From Blastocatellia bacterium (GTDB taxonomy: Bacteria > Acidobacteriota > Blastocatellia > UBA7656), in NCBI GenBank assembly GCA_963765495.1, contig CAVXWP010000007.1:64001-128000 (forward strand): a stretch of DNA of 64,000 bases. The letters run 5' to 3'. The notes under the pieces are model-generated. The model was not told the origin of the DNA and ran no database searches. It saw only the letters and a list, made by a program, of their open reading frames with translations. Below are positions 20,926 to 31,515 of the stretch, one piece after another. Both the position numbers and the translations under genes were made by a program. Every line of letters begins with the position of its first letter. The first letter of the stretch is position 1.

Positions 20926-20960
20926 TCTGAGATTTGAAATGTGAAATCTCAAATCTCAGA
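20926..20960. repeat. Inverted heptamer arrays TGAGATT/TGAAAT ... AATCTCA
   Basis: TCTGAGATTTGAAAT-GTGA-AATCTCAAATCTCAGA between convergent genes. Confidence 0.75.
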
Positions 20961-20994
20961 TGTGCGCGGTTATATTGATTTCTTATTGATTCGC

Positions 20995-22077
20995 CTATTT
21001 GTTGTTGCTTTGTGCGCCGCCCTCGGCCGTGTATCCGCTGCGGGTGCGCGCCACGACCCTCCGGTCGCCGGCATTGACCGACACCTTCACGGAGCGGAAT
21101 GTGCCGTCGCGTTTGGCGTTCGTAGGATAGTAACCTATAGAATACTGTGTGCGGAGATCGGTCGAAATCTGCTGCGCGATGGTGTGGACTTCCGAAAGCT
21201 CTTTTGGGAAGAAGGCTCGTCCGCCCGTCTCGTCCGCCAGCTTGTTTAGCAGGCTTTCGGCCTTGTCTTTATCGCTCTTCTTGAATATCCATCCGCCGTC
21301 TTTCGACAGATCATTTGTGAACCCGATAAGGTAAACCTGTACATCGGTCTCGCGGAGGTGGTCTACGACTTCATCGAACTTATAGTAACTGTCCTTATCC
21401 AATCCGTCCGTCACAAGCATCACAGCCTTGCGGCGGTTCTTGCCTTCTTTGCTGGCATAATCGGCGGCCAGATAGAGCGCATCGAGCATGGCCGTCTGGC
21501 GCGAGGCTATAAGCCCCTGAAGAGTGTCTATAACGTCATTGATATCGTTTGTGAATTCTTCGAGAAGTTCGGGCTGGTCCTTGAATTCGATTACGGCAAG
21601 CTCATCGTCCGGCTTGCTGTCTTTTACCAGATTGGTCGATGCCTTGATAACCGTGTCGAGTTTAGGGCGCATCGACCCCGACGTATCGATGGCGAAGACT
21701 ACGGAGACGGGAACCTCTTCGCGGCTGAAGAATGTCACCTCCTGCGGCACTTTGTCTTCGTAGACCTGAAACTGATTTTTCTTCAGATCCATCACGGGGC
21801 TGTTGCTTGTATCGACCACCGTGACATCGAGAAGAACGAGATCTGTGCCTAACTTGATTACGCCACCCTGTTCATCTGTCTGTTCCGTTTGTTCGGACGG
21901 GACAGCATGCCCCGGCTTTTGCAGCGAGGGTTTCTCTTTTTGCTGGTCTTTTTGACCCTGGTCGGCGCGCACAAGCCCGGAGCCGGTAATGGGATTTATC
22001 GACAGGCTGCTGGCGGAAAGGCTAAAGGCCGCCACCAGAGCCAGAACGGCTACCATTCTATTAAATCTGAATCTCAT
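20995..22077 (-). CDS. Secreted VWA domain protein (acidobacterial VWFA-related type)
   Basis: MIDAS DTSGSM, TAMLDA, VTDGLD, LADETGGRAFF and QYSIGY. Confidence 0.9.
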   Translation of the reverse strand: MRFRFNRMVAVLALVAAFSLSASSLSINPITGSGLVRADQGQKDQQKEKPSLQKPGHAVPSEQTEQTDEQGGVIKLGTDLVLLDVTVVDTSNSPVMDLKKNQFQVYEDKVPQEVTFFSREEVPVSVVFAIDTSGSMRPKLDTVIKASTNLVKDSKPDDELAVIEFKDQPELLEEFTNDINDVIDTLQGLIASRQTAMLDALYLAADYASKEGKNRRKAVMLVTDGLDKDSYYKFDEVVDHLRETDVQVYLIGFTNDLSKDGGWIFKKSDKDKAESLLNKLADETGGRAFFPKELSEVHTIAQQISTDLRTQYSIGYYPTNAKRDGTFRSVKVSVNAGDRRVVARTRSGYTAEGGAQSNNK

Positions 22078-22285
22078 ATTGAAATTTTACCCCGCAATGC
22101 TGGATTTGAAAACCTGCCCGCTCATTGCGAGCGGGCGTGGCGGGCAATTGACGCCGGTTCCCATTCTGGGATGCCGATTGATAGTTTGCCCGTTGCCGAA
22201 AGAACGATTGAGGGGATGTGATTTGCAGTCGTACGGCGAAGTCGGCGGCTGAGGCGGAAGTAGAAACGGCTCCTCGGAGTCGTTT

Positions 22286-23344
22286 CTACTTCTTGAAAGA
22301 TTGGTAGCCGTCTCTGTAGGTCAGCGACAATCGGCCAAGCCCTTTGGGGGGATTCACCTTGACCTGTAACTTGTGCCATCTGGCTTCGCTCGTCGTGTCC
22401 GTAGGATAAAAGGCTATGGAATATTGATGGCGAAGCTCAAGCGCGATGCGGGTGCAAATCTCGACCAGTTCAGGTTCGTTGTAGCCGCCGGGGAAGAAGG
22501 CTCGCCCGCCCGTCATGCGCGTAAGCTCTTCGAGGACCGAACGACCATAACCGGCCAGCGAGTCTGCGATGTCGGTTATTCCTATAGCGTAAATCTGAAC
22601 ATCGGCTTCCTTGATCCGGTTCCGAAGCTCTTTGTAAGTGTAGCGGCTGTTGTTGTCCTGACCGTCTGAAATTATCAGCAACGCTTTCTTGGTATGCCGT
22701 CCCTGCTGAACCTTTTCAACCGCCAGATAAGCGGCATCGTAAAGCGCGGTGGACCCTTTCGGCTGAACGAACATCAGATGCGAGACCACCTGATCGCCCG
22801 AAGTCGTGAAGTCCTGAACGAGTTTGGCTCGATCATTAAAGCCTATCAGGAAGAAGTCATCGTCATTATGCGAGGTCTCGATAAAACGGCTGAGAGCGCG
22901 AATCGACCGCGCGATTCTCTCTTTCATCGAGCCCGATACGTCATAGATGATGCCGAGCGAAACCGGCGCATCATCATCTGAGAAGTGAGCTATCTGCTGC
23001 TTCACCTTGTCGTCGAAGACATCGAAGTGGTCTTTGCCGAGACCGGTCACAAACCTGCCGTAAGGGTCGGTAACGGATATGGTCACGTTGACGATGCCTG
23101 TATCGAGGACTATCGGATTTTGATCCGAAACAGAACCAGGAGTCTTAAACCTCTCCGACCTTGTTACGCTCTTTTGCTCATCGGCGACGGTCGAGCCGGG
23201 TGTTGACGGTCCTGATCGCGCTTTGGCCGATCCACCATCAGGAGTCGTAGTCTTGTTATTCTCTTGAGAAAACGCGTTGCTTACAGGGGAGAGAGTTATA
23301 GCCAAAAGCATGGCCAGGAAGGCGTGAGCGAATTTCTGCCTCAT
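22286..23344 (-). CDS. Secreted VWA domain protein (paralog)
   Basis: DVSGSM, TALYDA, ISDGQDNNS, TGGRAFF and QYSIAF. Confidence 0.9.
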   Translation of the reverse strand: MRQKFAHAFLAMLLAITLSPVSNAFSQENNKTTTPDGGSAKARSGPSTPGSTVADEQKSVTRSERFKTPGSVSDQNPIVLDTGIVNVTISVTDPYGRFVTGLGKDHFDVFDDKVKQQIAHFSDDDAPVSLGIIYDVSGSMKERIARSIRALSRFIETSHNDDDFFLIGFNDRAKLVQDFTTSGDQVVSHLMFVQPKGSTALYDAAYLAVEKVQQGRHTKKALLIISDGQDNNSRYTYKELRNRIKEADVQIYAIGITDIADSLAGYGRSVLEELTRMTGGRAFFPGGYNEPELVEICTRIALELRHQYSIAFYPTDTTSEARWHKLQVKVNPPKGLGRLSLTYRDGYQSFKK

Positions 23345-23642
23345 AATGATGCCCTCGAAATTCCGGACATTCTTCTTAAGAAAGAGACCGGTGCGCCCGG
23401 CCTGAGTTTCTTCGATTTTGCAGGTTATTGGACGACAGACGTTGAAGTGCTTCTCTGTTCAAAACTGACTTTCAGATTATTTTCCGGTTGAAACGACCTG
23501 ATATTCCTGCGCGACTCCAAATCTCCTGCGCGCCCAACGCCCTCATAATAACACAAAATTGATGGTAGGCAATAGCTTTGGATCACAAGCGAGCTATATG
23601 CTATAGTCTGGCTTTGCGGCGCTGGCTGCATCGGGCTCGTGT

Positions 23643-24446
23643 ATGTCACAACTCATATCTATAATCATCCCCGCTTACAACGAAGAGAATCGTATCGGAC
23701 GGTCTCTGGACGAGATATTGCGCTTTCTTACCAACCGGCCTTTCAGGGCAGAAGTGATTGTCGTTGACGACGGATCGCGTGATTCCACCCCGCAGGTAAT
23801 CGCCGAACGAGCGGATGATTACGCGAAAGCCGGATACGATCTGCGCGTGCTTACAAACCGGCCAAATCGCGGCAAAGGCTATAGCGTGAGGCGCGGTGTG
23901 AGCGAAGCGCGCGGAGAGGTCATCCTGTTTACTGACGCCGACCTGTCATCGCCTATTACGGAAGCGCCCCGTCTCCTTGACCCGATAATCGAAAACCGCG
24001 CCGACGTGACCTTCGGATCGCGGGCGCTCGACCGCTCTTTGATAGGCGTCAAACAACCATTCATGAGAGACTTTGGCGGGCGCGTCTTTAACTTCTTTAT
24101 GAAGACGATCACGGGTCTGCCCTTCAAGGATACTCAGTGCGGGTTCAAAGCGTTTCGGCGCGAGGCGGCGCTCGCGGTCTTCTCCCGCCAGAGTATCGAG
24201 CGATTCGGTTTTGACCCGGAGGTGCTTTATATAGCGCAAAAGCTCGGCAATCGCCTGCTTGAGATTCCCGTCAAATGGAACCACGTTGAGGGGGGCGAGT
24301 TGCAAAATAAACTCAATTATCTCCGCGACTCGCTAAACATGTTCGCCGATCTGATTCGCATAAGAGCCAATGACATCAGTGGACGTTACGACAATCCGGC
24401 AAGCGACATCGCATCGGAGGAGTGCCGGACCCTTGAACGGCAATGA
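23643..24446 (+). CDS. GT2 glycosyltransferase (dolichyl-phosphate beta-glucosyltransferase-like)
   Basis: [34 protein letters not shown] and FGFDPE. Confidence 0.92.
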   Translation: MSQLISIIIPAYNEENRIGRSLDEILRFLTNRPFRAEVIVVDDGSRDSTPQVIAERADDYAKAGYDLRVLTNRPNRGKGYSVRRGVSEARGEVILFTDADLSSPITEAPRLLDPIIENRADVTFGSRALDRSLIGVKQPFMRDFGGRVFNFFMKTITGLPFKDTQCGFKAFRREAALAVFSRQSIERFGFDPEVLYIAQKLGNRLLEIPVKWNHVEGGELQNKLNYLRDSLNMFADLIRIRANDISGRYDNPASDIASEECRTLERQ

Positions 24447-24462
24447 TTTTGAAGAACTCAAA

Positions 24463-25206
24463 ATGATCAGGTTGAATGTCAACATCGATCACATCGCCAC
24501 CATAAGACAGGCGCGAAAAACCTTTGAGCCGGATGTCGTGGCGGCGGCTGTGCTGGCCGATCTTGCGGGCGCAAGCGGCATCACTATTCATCTTCGCGGA
24601 GACCGTCGCCACATTCAGGATGATGATGCGCGGCTGCTGCGAAACGTAGTCAAGACACATCTCAACCTGGAGATGGCTGTGACCGCAGAGATGCTTGAGA
24701 TCGCGCGCCAGATCAGGCCCAGTACGGCTACGCTCGTGCCTGAACGCGCTGACGAAATCACGACCGAAGGCGGGTTGAATGTAGCGGTCGCCGAAGAAGA
24801 GATAAATCGCGCCGTCCGGGGATTGTCGCAGGCAGGCATTCCGGTCAGCATTTTTCTCGATCCTGCCGCCGATCAGATAGAGGCCGCCCATCGTGTGGGC
24901 GCGCGGCAGATAGAAATTTGCACGGCTCGCTATGCAGAGATGACCGACCCGACCCGACTGGCCGAAGCCCGCCAGGTGAATGAAGAACTCGCACGCATCG
25001 CCGAATCGGCTCGCCTCGCAGGAGACCTGGGGTTGCAGGTGGCTGCCGGGCACGGTCTCACTTACAGGAACGTGCGCGCAATCGCCTGCATTGAGCAGGT
25101 CGAAGAACTCAACATAGGTCACAACATCGTTGCGCGGGCCGTTCTGGTAGGAATGGAGCGCGCCGTGCGCGAGATGATAACGGCAATCAATGGTCAACAG
25201 ATGTAA
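24463..25206 (+). CDS. pdxJ: Pyridoxine 5'-phosphate synthase
   Basis: [35 protein letters not shown] and ELNIGH. Confidence 0.96.
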   Translation: MIRLNVNIDHIATIRQARKTFEPDVVAAAVLADLAGASGITIHLRGDRRHIQDDDARLLRNVVKTHLNLEMAVTAEMLEIARQIRPSTATLVPERADEITTEGGLNVAVAEEEINRAVRGLSQAGIPVSIFLDPAADQIEAAHRVGARQIEICTARYAEMTDPTRLAEARQVNEELARIAESARLAGDLGLQVAAGHGLTYRNVRAIACIEQVEELNIGHNIVARAVLVGMERAVREMITAINGQQM

Positions 25207-25236
25207 AAAAAAGCCGCGCTAAATATCAGCGCGGCA
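25205..25236 (-). terminator. Rho-independent terminator (minus orientation)
   Basis: GCCGCGCT-loop-AGCGCGGC followed by T8 on the minus strand. Confidence 0.75.
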
Positions 25237-25375
25237 TAAACGATAAGGAGAAACCGATAACGAGAATCGTCAAACCAGACTCGCTGGATGGCATAGATAG
25301 ATGAACTCTTCAAAAAATTGATTCGGTCCAAGACCTCCTCTTCTTCTCTAACTCGACATAGCTAACTGGGACGCT
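25205..25375 (-). ncRNA. Candidate sigma54-dependent sRNA (~170 nt)
   Basis: Bounded by a -24/-12 motif and a strong terminator; carries UUUCUCCUU. Confidence 0.35.
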
Positions 25376-25384
25376 TTTAGATAT

Positions 25385-25423
25385 AGCAATCCCCGGACCA
25401 CTGCTAAACTCATGCTAAACTCA
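25385..25423 (-). promoter_or_regulatory. Putative sigma54 promoter with adjacent perfect 11-bp direct repeat
   Basis: Minus strand TGGTCC-GGGGA-TTGCT (25400-25385); (TGCTAAACTCA)2 at 25402-25423. Confidence 0.45.
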
Positions 25424-25616
25424 GGTAAAATCACACCAGTTCTATATGGTCTGGGGAAGTATGCAGCAATTGACGAACAACTCGTTGTGACTTGTTGCCA
25501 CGCAAGCAAATTGCAGCAGAGTTCAGCCACGAATTCTCACGAATTCTTTGTGGCTGCCTGCGAGAATTTGTCAGACACGTCTTTGAAGCTCAAACGATCA
25601 GTTATATCTGCCGGCA

Positions 25617-26528
25617 TCACAGGATTTTTTTGCCCAGCGCCGACAGGATCAATTCGACCGCAAGCCGCGCCGTCTGGTTGGCTTTGTCGTAAAGCGGGTT
25701 GACTTCGGTTATCTCGACCGAGAGCACGCGGCTTGAGGCGGCGAGTTTTTCCATAGCCAGATGGCTTTCGCGATACGTGGCCCCACCCGGTTCGGGCGTG
25801 CCCACCCCGGGCGCGTAAGACGGGTCTATAAAATCCATGTCCATAGTGACATGAAACCCGGCTGTGTTGCGCGAGGCGATGCTTATGGCTTCTTCGATTA
25901 TATCGGCAAGCCCTCGTTCGTCGAGTTCGGTCATCGTGAAGACGCGAATGCCCAGCGAGGCTATAAGATCGCGCTCGCCGGGGTCCACGCTGCGAGCGCC
26001 TATTATGACCGTATGCTCAGGCAGTACCTTTGGTCGGAACCCGGCTACATCCGTCAACTCTCTGGCCCCGTACCCGAGCAGCGCCGCGAGCGGCATTCCG
26101 TGGATGTTGCCCGAAGGCGAAGTTTCGGGTGTGTTTGCGTCGGTGTGGGCATCAAGCCAGATGATGCCTATCTTTTGATTGCGTTTGCGGTAGAAGGAGG
26201 CGACTCCGGCCGCGCTGCCTATGGCGATGGAATGATCGCCGCCGAGGATGACCGGGATCGCGTCGTCTTCGAGCGTGGCCTCAACCATCGAAGCGAGTTC
26301 TTCGCTTGCTTCGGCGATCTGCGGCAGATATCGCGCGTTGGTGCTCAACTGTGTGACGGCCTCCGGAGGATGGACATTAACATTGCCCGCGTCTACGACA
26401 TCGAATCCCAATCTGGCGATGGCCTGATTTACGCCCGCGATTCTTATGGCTGACGGACCCATGTCTACGCCGCGCCGCCCGGCCCCAAGGTCCATAGGTA
26501 CGCCGATGATCTTGATTTTCTTCTTCAT
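25617..26528 (-). CDS. rocF: Arginase
   Basis: [28 protein letters not shown] and DMDFIDP..APGVGTP. Confidence 0.95.
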   Translation of the reverse strand: MKKKIKIIGVPMDLGAGRRGVDMGPSAIRIAGVNQAIARLGFDVVDAGNVNVHPPEAVTQLSTNARYLPQIAEASEELASMVEATLEDDAIPVILGGDHSIAIGSAAGVASFYRKRNQKIGIIWLDAHTDANTPETSPSGNIHGMPLAALLGYGARELTDVAGFRPKVLPEHTVIIGARSVDPGERDLIASLGIRVFTMTELDERGLADIIEEAISIASRNTAGFHVTMDMDFIDPSYAPGVGTPEPGGATYRESHLAMEKLAASSRVLSVEITEVNPLYDKANQTARLAVELILSALGKKIL

Positions 26529-26602
26529 AAAATAGCCTCCTGTTTATTCTCCCATCCCGCCTCACCTACCGCAAGACTCGCGGCCCGGCTATAAAACCCG
26601 GC

Positions 26603-26634
26603 CAAAAAAAGAGAGGCTGCAACCGGGGCAGCCT
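26603..26634 (-). terminator. Rho-independent terminator after the lytic transglycosylase gene
   Basis: GAGGCTGC/GCAGCCTC stem plus T-run on the minus strand. Confidence 0.7.
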
Positions 26635-26677
26635 CATAACTTCACAAGGAGGAAGGTCAATTTGGAAATATATGTCT

Positions 26678-27931
26678 TTATCGACCGGCGGCTTCCATCT
26701 CTACATCAGAGGTGGGCACGAAACCATAGCGGTCGGCGTTGCCTGCGACCTCAATTGCGGCCAGAATTTTTGGAACGTAATTGCAGGTCTCTTTCGGCAA
26801 AAGCTGTTTTTCGCTCAACTCCCAAAAATTCGCCCGTCCGTTCTTGACTATAGCCTCCATAACTCGCGGCTCTCCGCAATTATAAGCGGCCATCGCGAGC
26901 GCCCAGTCTCCGAAGATCGTGTATAGATCGTGCAGGTAATAAGCCGCCACACGAGTCTGTTTTTCCGGGTCGAGTCGCTCGTCGTTTCCCTGGCTCACGG
27001 TCAGACCGTAATCGGTCGCGGTTCTCGGGATGAATTGCCAGATGCCGCCCGCCGCCGCAGGAGAGACGGCCTTGTAGTGCCATACGCTTTCAACGTGCGC
27101 GAGCCAGATAAGGTCTTCGGGCAATCCGAGGGCGCGAAACTCGGAGCGCGCCATATCAAGGTATTCGCCGCTGCGGTCTATGCCTATCTGCATGGTCTGG
27201 CGTCCGGTCTTTGTCGCGGTGTAATAATTCACCCAGTGCTGGATCGCAGCATTATCTTCAAAAGCAATATCTCCGACGGTCAGGCGGGGCAGGGGTGCAA
27301 TTCTGGTCTCAACCGAATCCGCCGCAGAATTCTGAGCCGTCCCCCTGGCGTCAGGGCTTGCGACGGGCGGGTTTTCTGTGGCCGCCATCATCGGATCACC
27401 CGCGAATCCTTTCAGCGCAGGCATAGCGGGTTTTGACTCCTCTGCCTGAACGTTTTCTGCCTGAATATATTCTGCCTGAACGGGCGCGATTGTTTCAGAC
27501 GAGGAAAGATGGTTGACTTTCAATACGCCGCCGGATTTCTTTACTGCCTTGACCGCGCGCACGCCGGATCCGTCATCCATAGGAGCCTGCTCGCCTTTTA
27601 CGCGCTTTTCCACGCGGAGAAAATAATCGGCTATGCCGGTGTTTTCGGTTGCGGCGCTCGCGAGGATATCGAGCGCCTTGTCGAAGTCCTTTCGCTGACG
27701 AGAGAGGCCGCGTGGCGCGTCTATTGCGGGCTGCTCTAGGCTCAATTGATCCTCAATCGCTGTCGGTATTGAGAGCGGCAGCAGGCTATAACCGTGAAAG
27801 GATGAAAAGGTCAGAAAGCTCAAGCTTAGAGCAAGGCTCGTTAATACTTTTTTCTTTGAAATACCTTTGAAAAGGCCGGATGAAGTGAGTATGAGACTCG
27901 TAAAGGCACGTATTAGTTTCCCCATTGACAC
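26678..27931 (-). CDS. Lytic transglycosylase (MltD-like SLT domain, no LysM)
   Basis: LAHVES, AGGIWQFIP, DERLDP, AAYNCG and LPKETCNYVPK. Confidence 0.9.
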   Translation of the reverse strand: MSMGKLIRAFTSLILTSSGLFKGISKKKVLTSLALSLSFLTFSSFHGYSLLPLSIPTAIEDQLSLEQPAIDAPRGLSRQRKDFDKALDILASAATENTGIADYFLRVEKRVKGEQAPMDDGSGVRAVKAVKKSGGVLKVNHLSSSETIAPVQAEYIQAENVQAEESKPAMPALKGFAGDPMMAATENPPVASPDARGTAQNSAADSVETRIAPLPRLTVGDIAFEDNAAIQHWVNYYTATKTGRQTMQIGIDRSGEYLDMARSEFRALGLPEDLIWLAHVESVWHYKAVSPAAAGGIWQFIPRTATDYGLTVSQGNDERLDPEKQTRVAAYYLHDLYTIFGDWALAMAAYNCGEPRVMEAIVKNGRANFWELSEKQLLPKETCNYVPKILAAIEVAGNADRYGFVPTSDVEMEAAGR

Positions 27932-28155
27932 CCCTCTTGTTCGATCCCCAAACAGGTTCGTTCTTTATATCGTTAATCTTTTATGTTCTATGCCCTGGGA
28001 CTCAAGCGGTAAGCTCTTTTATGAAGCCACGATGCTTTCCCAAAACCCCGTTGCTTGCTCTTTAGTCTTCACTCGTAAGCTACGATTATCATGTTACCAA
28101 CGGGCGTTGCTCGAGTCTATAGGTGATGCCTGTTTGCAATGGAAATGCAAGAAAA

Positions 28156-28270
28156 GTGAATCGTGATGCGTGAATCGTGATGCGTGACCTTTGAACAGGC
28201 CGCCTGTCAAAGACATCTCGCAAACCTGCTAAATCACGCATCACGATTCACTTTTACTCTCACGATTCAC
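28156..28270 (-). repeat. Inverted GTGATNC heptamer arrays with conserved 44-bp core (copy B, reverse orientation)
   Basis: The reverse-complemented core aligns without gaps to copies A and C. Confidence 0.85.
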
Positions 28271-28277
28271 GTCTCAC

Positions 28278-28544
28278 TCATTTCTTCTTGGGTTTGATGG
28301 CGGGTTGGCCGCGATGTTTGTCGAGGTATTTGCCCAGCAAAGATTTCTTGTAATTCTGTCGGATGTCGGCCGAGGCCGGAGCCTGTGTTTTTGACTGTGA
28401 CCGAGGTGTTGCGGGCGCGGTCTTGATCGCGGGAGATGATTCGGTTTTTGGTTTGGCGGTTGGCCTGGGCTGTGTGGCTTTGGCCGCCTTTGCGACCGCC
28501 CTTCCTTTGGTTATCTCTTTTTTCGTCTGGTTGGTTTTTGCCAT
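28278..28544 (-). CDS. Small Lys/Ala/Pro-rich basic hypothetical protein
   Basis: AAGGAG RBS; 88 aa, strongly basic. Confidence 0.65.
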   Translation of the reverse strand: MAKTNQTKKEITKGRAVAKAAKATQPRPTAKPKTESSPAIKTAPATPRSQSKTQAPASADIRQNYKKSLLGKYLDKHRGQPAIKPKKK

Positions 28545-28575
28545 AATCTCCTTCTCAAATTGTATTTCTAAAAGT

Positions 28576-29127
28576 TCAAATCACCTGCCTGCCGAGTAAC
28601 ACTATAGCCTCTTCGGCGGTTTCTGCGAATGACAGATAGCTCATATCCGTATCTGAAATTACCAGATGCTCGCGCAGGCACGAAATCGCGCGGGGCCAGG
28701 CGTTGCCAAGCAGGATTAACGGTCTTTGCGGCAACACACCTGTAACGAGCTTGTTCCACACCAGAGAGATTTCCGTCACCGTACCCATCCCGCCTCGCAA
28801 GGCCACATACCCCGCCGACTGGCCGATGAGCGATTGAAGCCGCTCGTAAAAATCTCTGCTAGGAACGATCTTTTTCAGAAAAGCGTTTGGCGCGGATTTG
28901 AACTGATCCATAGTCACGCCCACGACGTGGCCGCCCGCTTCGTGCGCGCCACGGCTGATCGCTTCCATCACCCCGCCGTAGCCGCCCGAGCATACGCCGA
29001 ACCCGGCTTCCACAAGCAATCGGCCCAGTTTTAGTGCCTCCCTGTATTCCGCGGCATCGGCTGCGCAGCGCGAGCCGCCGAATACGGTGATCATCCTCTC
29101 TTCTTCGATCAATTGCTCTCCTCGCAT
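28576..29127 (-). CDS. LOG family nucleotide-binding protein
   Basis: ITVFGGS, SGGYGGVMEA and GGMGTVTE; exact start uncertain. Confidence 0.88.
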   Translation of the reverse strand: MRGEQLIEEERMITVFGGSRCAADAAEYREALKLGRLLVEAGFGVCSGGYGGVMEAISRGAHEAGGHVVGVTMDQFKSAPNAFLKKIVPSRDFYERLQSLIGQSAGYVALRGGMGTVTEISLVWNKLVTGVLPQRPLILLGNAWPRAISCLREHLVISDTDMSYLSFAETAEEAIVLLGRQVI

Positions 29128-29142
29128 TTGAACGGGTGGGAA

Positions 29143-29835
29143 TTACCTTTCACCTGTAATCAAAAGCGATCCGGCTTCAAGCGCTTTCTTTATGTGTTCG
29201 AGCGTATCAAACGATGTCGGTATCATCAGTTCTTCGTGCGGGCGCGTGTCATAGACGCGACTGACAGCTACACGCTGAAACCCGGCCTTTTCAAACAGGT
29301 CGCGATAGTCGGCTTCGCCCAGGACGTGAACCGGCACGGCGAGCTTTTCCGCCCAGTGAATGCTGCCTTCGTTTTCGCGAAAGAGATTCAGCATGAAAAA
29401 TACTCGCCCGCCTGTTCGCATCACGCGGTAGACTTCCCGGAGCGCGGCGGGTATGTCGGGGTAATAGTAAAGCGACTCTACGGACAACGCCTTGTCGAAA
29501 TACTCTTCATCGAAAGGCAGTCGAGTGGCCGAGGCATTATGAAAAGAGATGTTTCTGATTCCCTCGGAATGAGCGCGAGCGCGAGCAATCATCTCGTCGG
29601 CAACATCCACGCCCGTGGCTTCGCCCTCGGGGAGGCGAGCGGCCATCAAGCGGGTCGCCCAGCCTACGCCGCAGCCGAGATCGAGCACGCGGTCGGCGGG
29701 GCCGAGGTCCATCATCTCGATTATCTGTTCGGTCACATTGCGATGACCGTCTTCCATGCCCTCGCCGCGCCCGGTTTCGGCCCAGCGGTTGAACTCTTCG
29801 CGCAACTGCGTTTCCTTTGCCTGTGTTTCAGCCAT
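29143..29835 (-). CDS. Class I SAM-dependent methyltransferase
   Basis: VLDLGCGVGW, LPF..FD and ESLYYY; AAGGAG RBS before ATG 29835. Confidence 0.9.
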   Translation of the reverse strand: MAETQAKETQLREEFNRWAETGRGEGMEDGHRNVTEQIIEMMDLGPADRVLDLGCGVGWATRLMAARLPEGEATGVDVADEMIARARAHSEGIRNISFHNASATRLPFDEEYFDKALSVESLYYYPDIPAALREVYRVMRTGGRVFFMLNLFRENEGSIHWAEKLAVPVHVLGEADYRDLFEKAGFQRVAVSRVYDTRPHEELMIPTSFDTLEHIKKALEAGSLLITGER

Positions 29836-29852
29836 ATGAATTTCGTCTCTCC

Positions 29853-31166
29853 TTAAGGTTTCAAACGGTAGAGCATTCGCGGAAAGGGAATCGCCTCGCG
29901 AATGTGCTCGATCCCGCAAAGCCAGCCAGTGCATCGCTCGATTCCCATCCCGAATCCTCCGTGAGGGAACGTGCCGTACTTGCGCAAATCCAGATACCAG
30001 TCGAATGCCTCTTCGGGCAGGTTGTGCTCGTGTATCTGTTTGAGCAGATAATCGAGGTCTTCGGCGCGCTGGCCTCCGCCTATGACTTCGCCGTAGCCTT
30101 CGGGCGCAAGCACGTCTACGCACATGGCGAGTTCCGCCCTCTCAGGGTCGGGCTTCATATAAAACGCCTTGACCGCCGCCGGGTAGCGATGCACTATCAC
30201 GGGCCGGTCGTACTGGCTAGATATATAAGTCTCATCCGGCGCGCCGAAATCTCCGCCCCATTCAAATCGGGTCTCCAACTCGCCTTTCTCGAATCCTTCG
30301 TGAAGCAGTTTTACAGCGTCATCGTATTGAAGACGGGGGAACGGTTTTTGAATCTTTTCCAGCTTGGATATGTCCCGCTCAAGTTCATCAAGTTCCTTGC
30401 GCCGGTTCTCAAGCACGCGATGAGCGATAAAGGTGAGAAAATCTTCGGCCAGTTCCATTATGTCGTTCAGGTCGGCGTAAGCCACCTCGGGCTCGACCAT
30501 CCAGAACTCGGTCAGGTGGCGACGGGTCTTCGACTTTTCGGCGCGAAAGGTCGGGCCGAAACAGTAGACTTTGCCAAAGGCGGCGGCGGTCGCTTCGTTA
30601 TAAAGCTGACCCGACTGCGTGAGATAAGCCATGCTATCTTCGAAATAGGGAACGCCGAAAAGCGTGGTTGTGCCTTCGCAGGCAGCGGGCGTAAATATCG
30701 GCGTGTCCATCAGCAGAAACCCGTGCGAGTCGAAATAATCACGGACGGCGCGGATGACTTCGGCCCGCACCGAAAGAATGGCGTGCTGGCGGCGGCTTCG
30801 CAACCACAGGTGGCGGTGATCCATCAAAAACTCTACGCCGTGGTCTTTCAGAGTGATGGGATAGGCATCTGCCGTCTGTATGACCTCAACTCCTGTTACG
30901 TCGAGTTCGTAACCGCCCGGCGCTCTCTCGTCTGCGCGGACACTGCCTCGTACGATGAGGGAAGACTCCTGAGTCAGTTTTTCAAAATCGTCCCAGACCT
31001 GCTCGGAAACATTTTTCTTGAAGACGACTCCCTGAATTATCCCCGAGCCGTCGCGTATCTGTGGAAAGATCAGCTTGCCGCTCGACCGTTTGTTGTAGAG
31101 CCAGCCCTTTATTGTGACTTCCTGCCCGACGTGCTCCGATACGTCCTTGATGTAGGTTTGATCCAT
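29853..31166 (-). CDS. asnS: Asparagine--tRNA ligase
   Basis: [30 protein letters not shown] and [11 protein letters not shown]. Confidence 0.96.
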   Translation of the reverse strand: MDQTYIKDVSEHVGQEVTIKGWLYNKRSSGKLIFPQIRDGSGIIQGVVFKKNVSEQVWDDFEKLTQESSLIVRGSVRADERAPGGYELDVTGVEVIQTADAYPITLKDHGVEFLMDHRHLWLRSRRQHAILSVRAEVIRAVRDYFDSHGFLLMDTPIFTPAACEGTTTLFGVPYFEDSMAYLTQSGQLYNEATAAAFGKVYCFGPTFRAEKSKTRRHLTEFWMVEPEVAYADLNDIMELAEDFLTFIAHRVLENRRKELDELERDISKLEKIQKPFPRLQYDDAVKLLHEGFEKGELETRFEWGGDFGAPDETYISSQYDRPVIVHRYPAAVKAFYMKPDPERAELAMCVDVLAPEGYGEVIGGGQRAEDLDYLLKQIHEHNLPEEAFDWYLDLRKYGTFPHGGFGMGIERCTGWLCGIEHIREAIPFPRMLYRLKP

Positions 31167-31257
31167 GTTCGCTCCTGGTATTCGAATTCAACTGATTATC
31201 CTACTACAGCGGTCGAGACAAAAAAAAGCAGCGAGCGTGATGCGTGAAAAAAACTTT

Positions 31258-31327
31258 GACAGGACTAACAGGATTAACTGGATTTTTCCAGGCTATATTC
31301 AAGAAACTTGTGAACCCTGTTGATCCC
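31258..31327. repeat. 9-10-bp-period arrays ACAGGAYTA ... degenerate inverted arm
   Basis: GACAGGACTAACAGGATTAACTGGATT ... AACTTGTGAACCCTGTTGATCCC. Confidence 0.55.
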
Positions 31328-31454
31328 TACAAAAAAAATCGATTTCCCCGGCATCACTCGGCCGGTGTAACAAGGCCGTACAATCCAACCGCTTTTTGTG
31401 TATGCGATTCGCCGTATCGGGCCAAAATCTCGGCAATTAGAGCCAAAATCCGCC

Positions 31455-31470
31455 TGGCACCCGGGTTGCT
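31455..31470 (+). promoter_or_regulatory. Consensus sigma54 promoter
   Basis: TGGCAC-CCGGG-TTGCT, 45 nt upstream of the small membrane protein. Confidence 0.7.
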
Positions 31471-31515
31471 CTCTAGTAGCGCAGGTATTGTAAATATTTT
31501 GTTGGAGGAACAGAC

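Noticed and set aside
25194-25331. 45-aa minus-strand ORF (TTG start) inside the sRNA candidate
   Set aside because: The SD is only 2 nt from the TTG, and the ORF runs through the terminator into pdxJ. It cannot be fully excluded.
27441-27482. 15-bp coding repeats in the transglycosylase linker (also recQ ~33435-33465 and tamB Gly tract 47405-47448)
   Set aside because: Ordinary in-frame low-complexity linker duplications.
29817-31247. Long antisense ORFs (also 19378-20277, 24376-25197, 34260-35342, 42781-43779, 54436-55494)
   Set aside because: They shadow well-supported genes on the opposite strand, have no motifs, and are expected from GC-rich codon bias.
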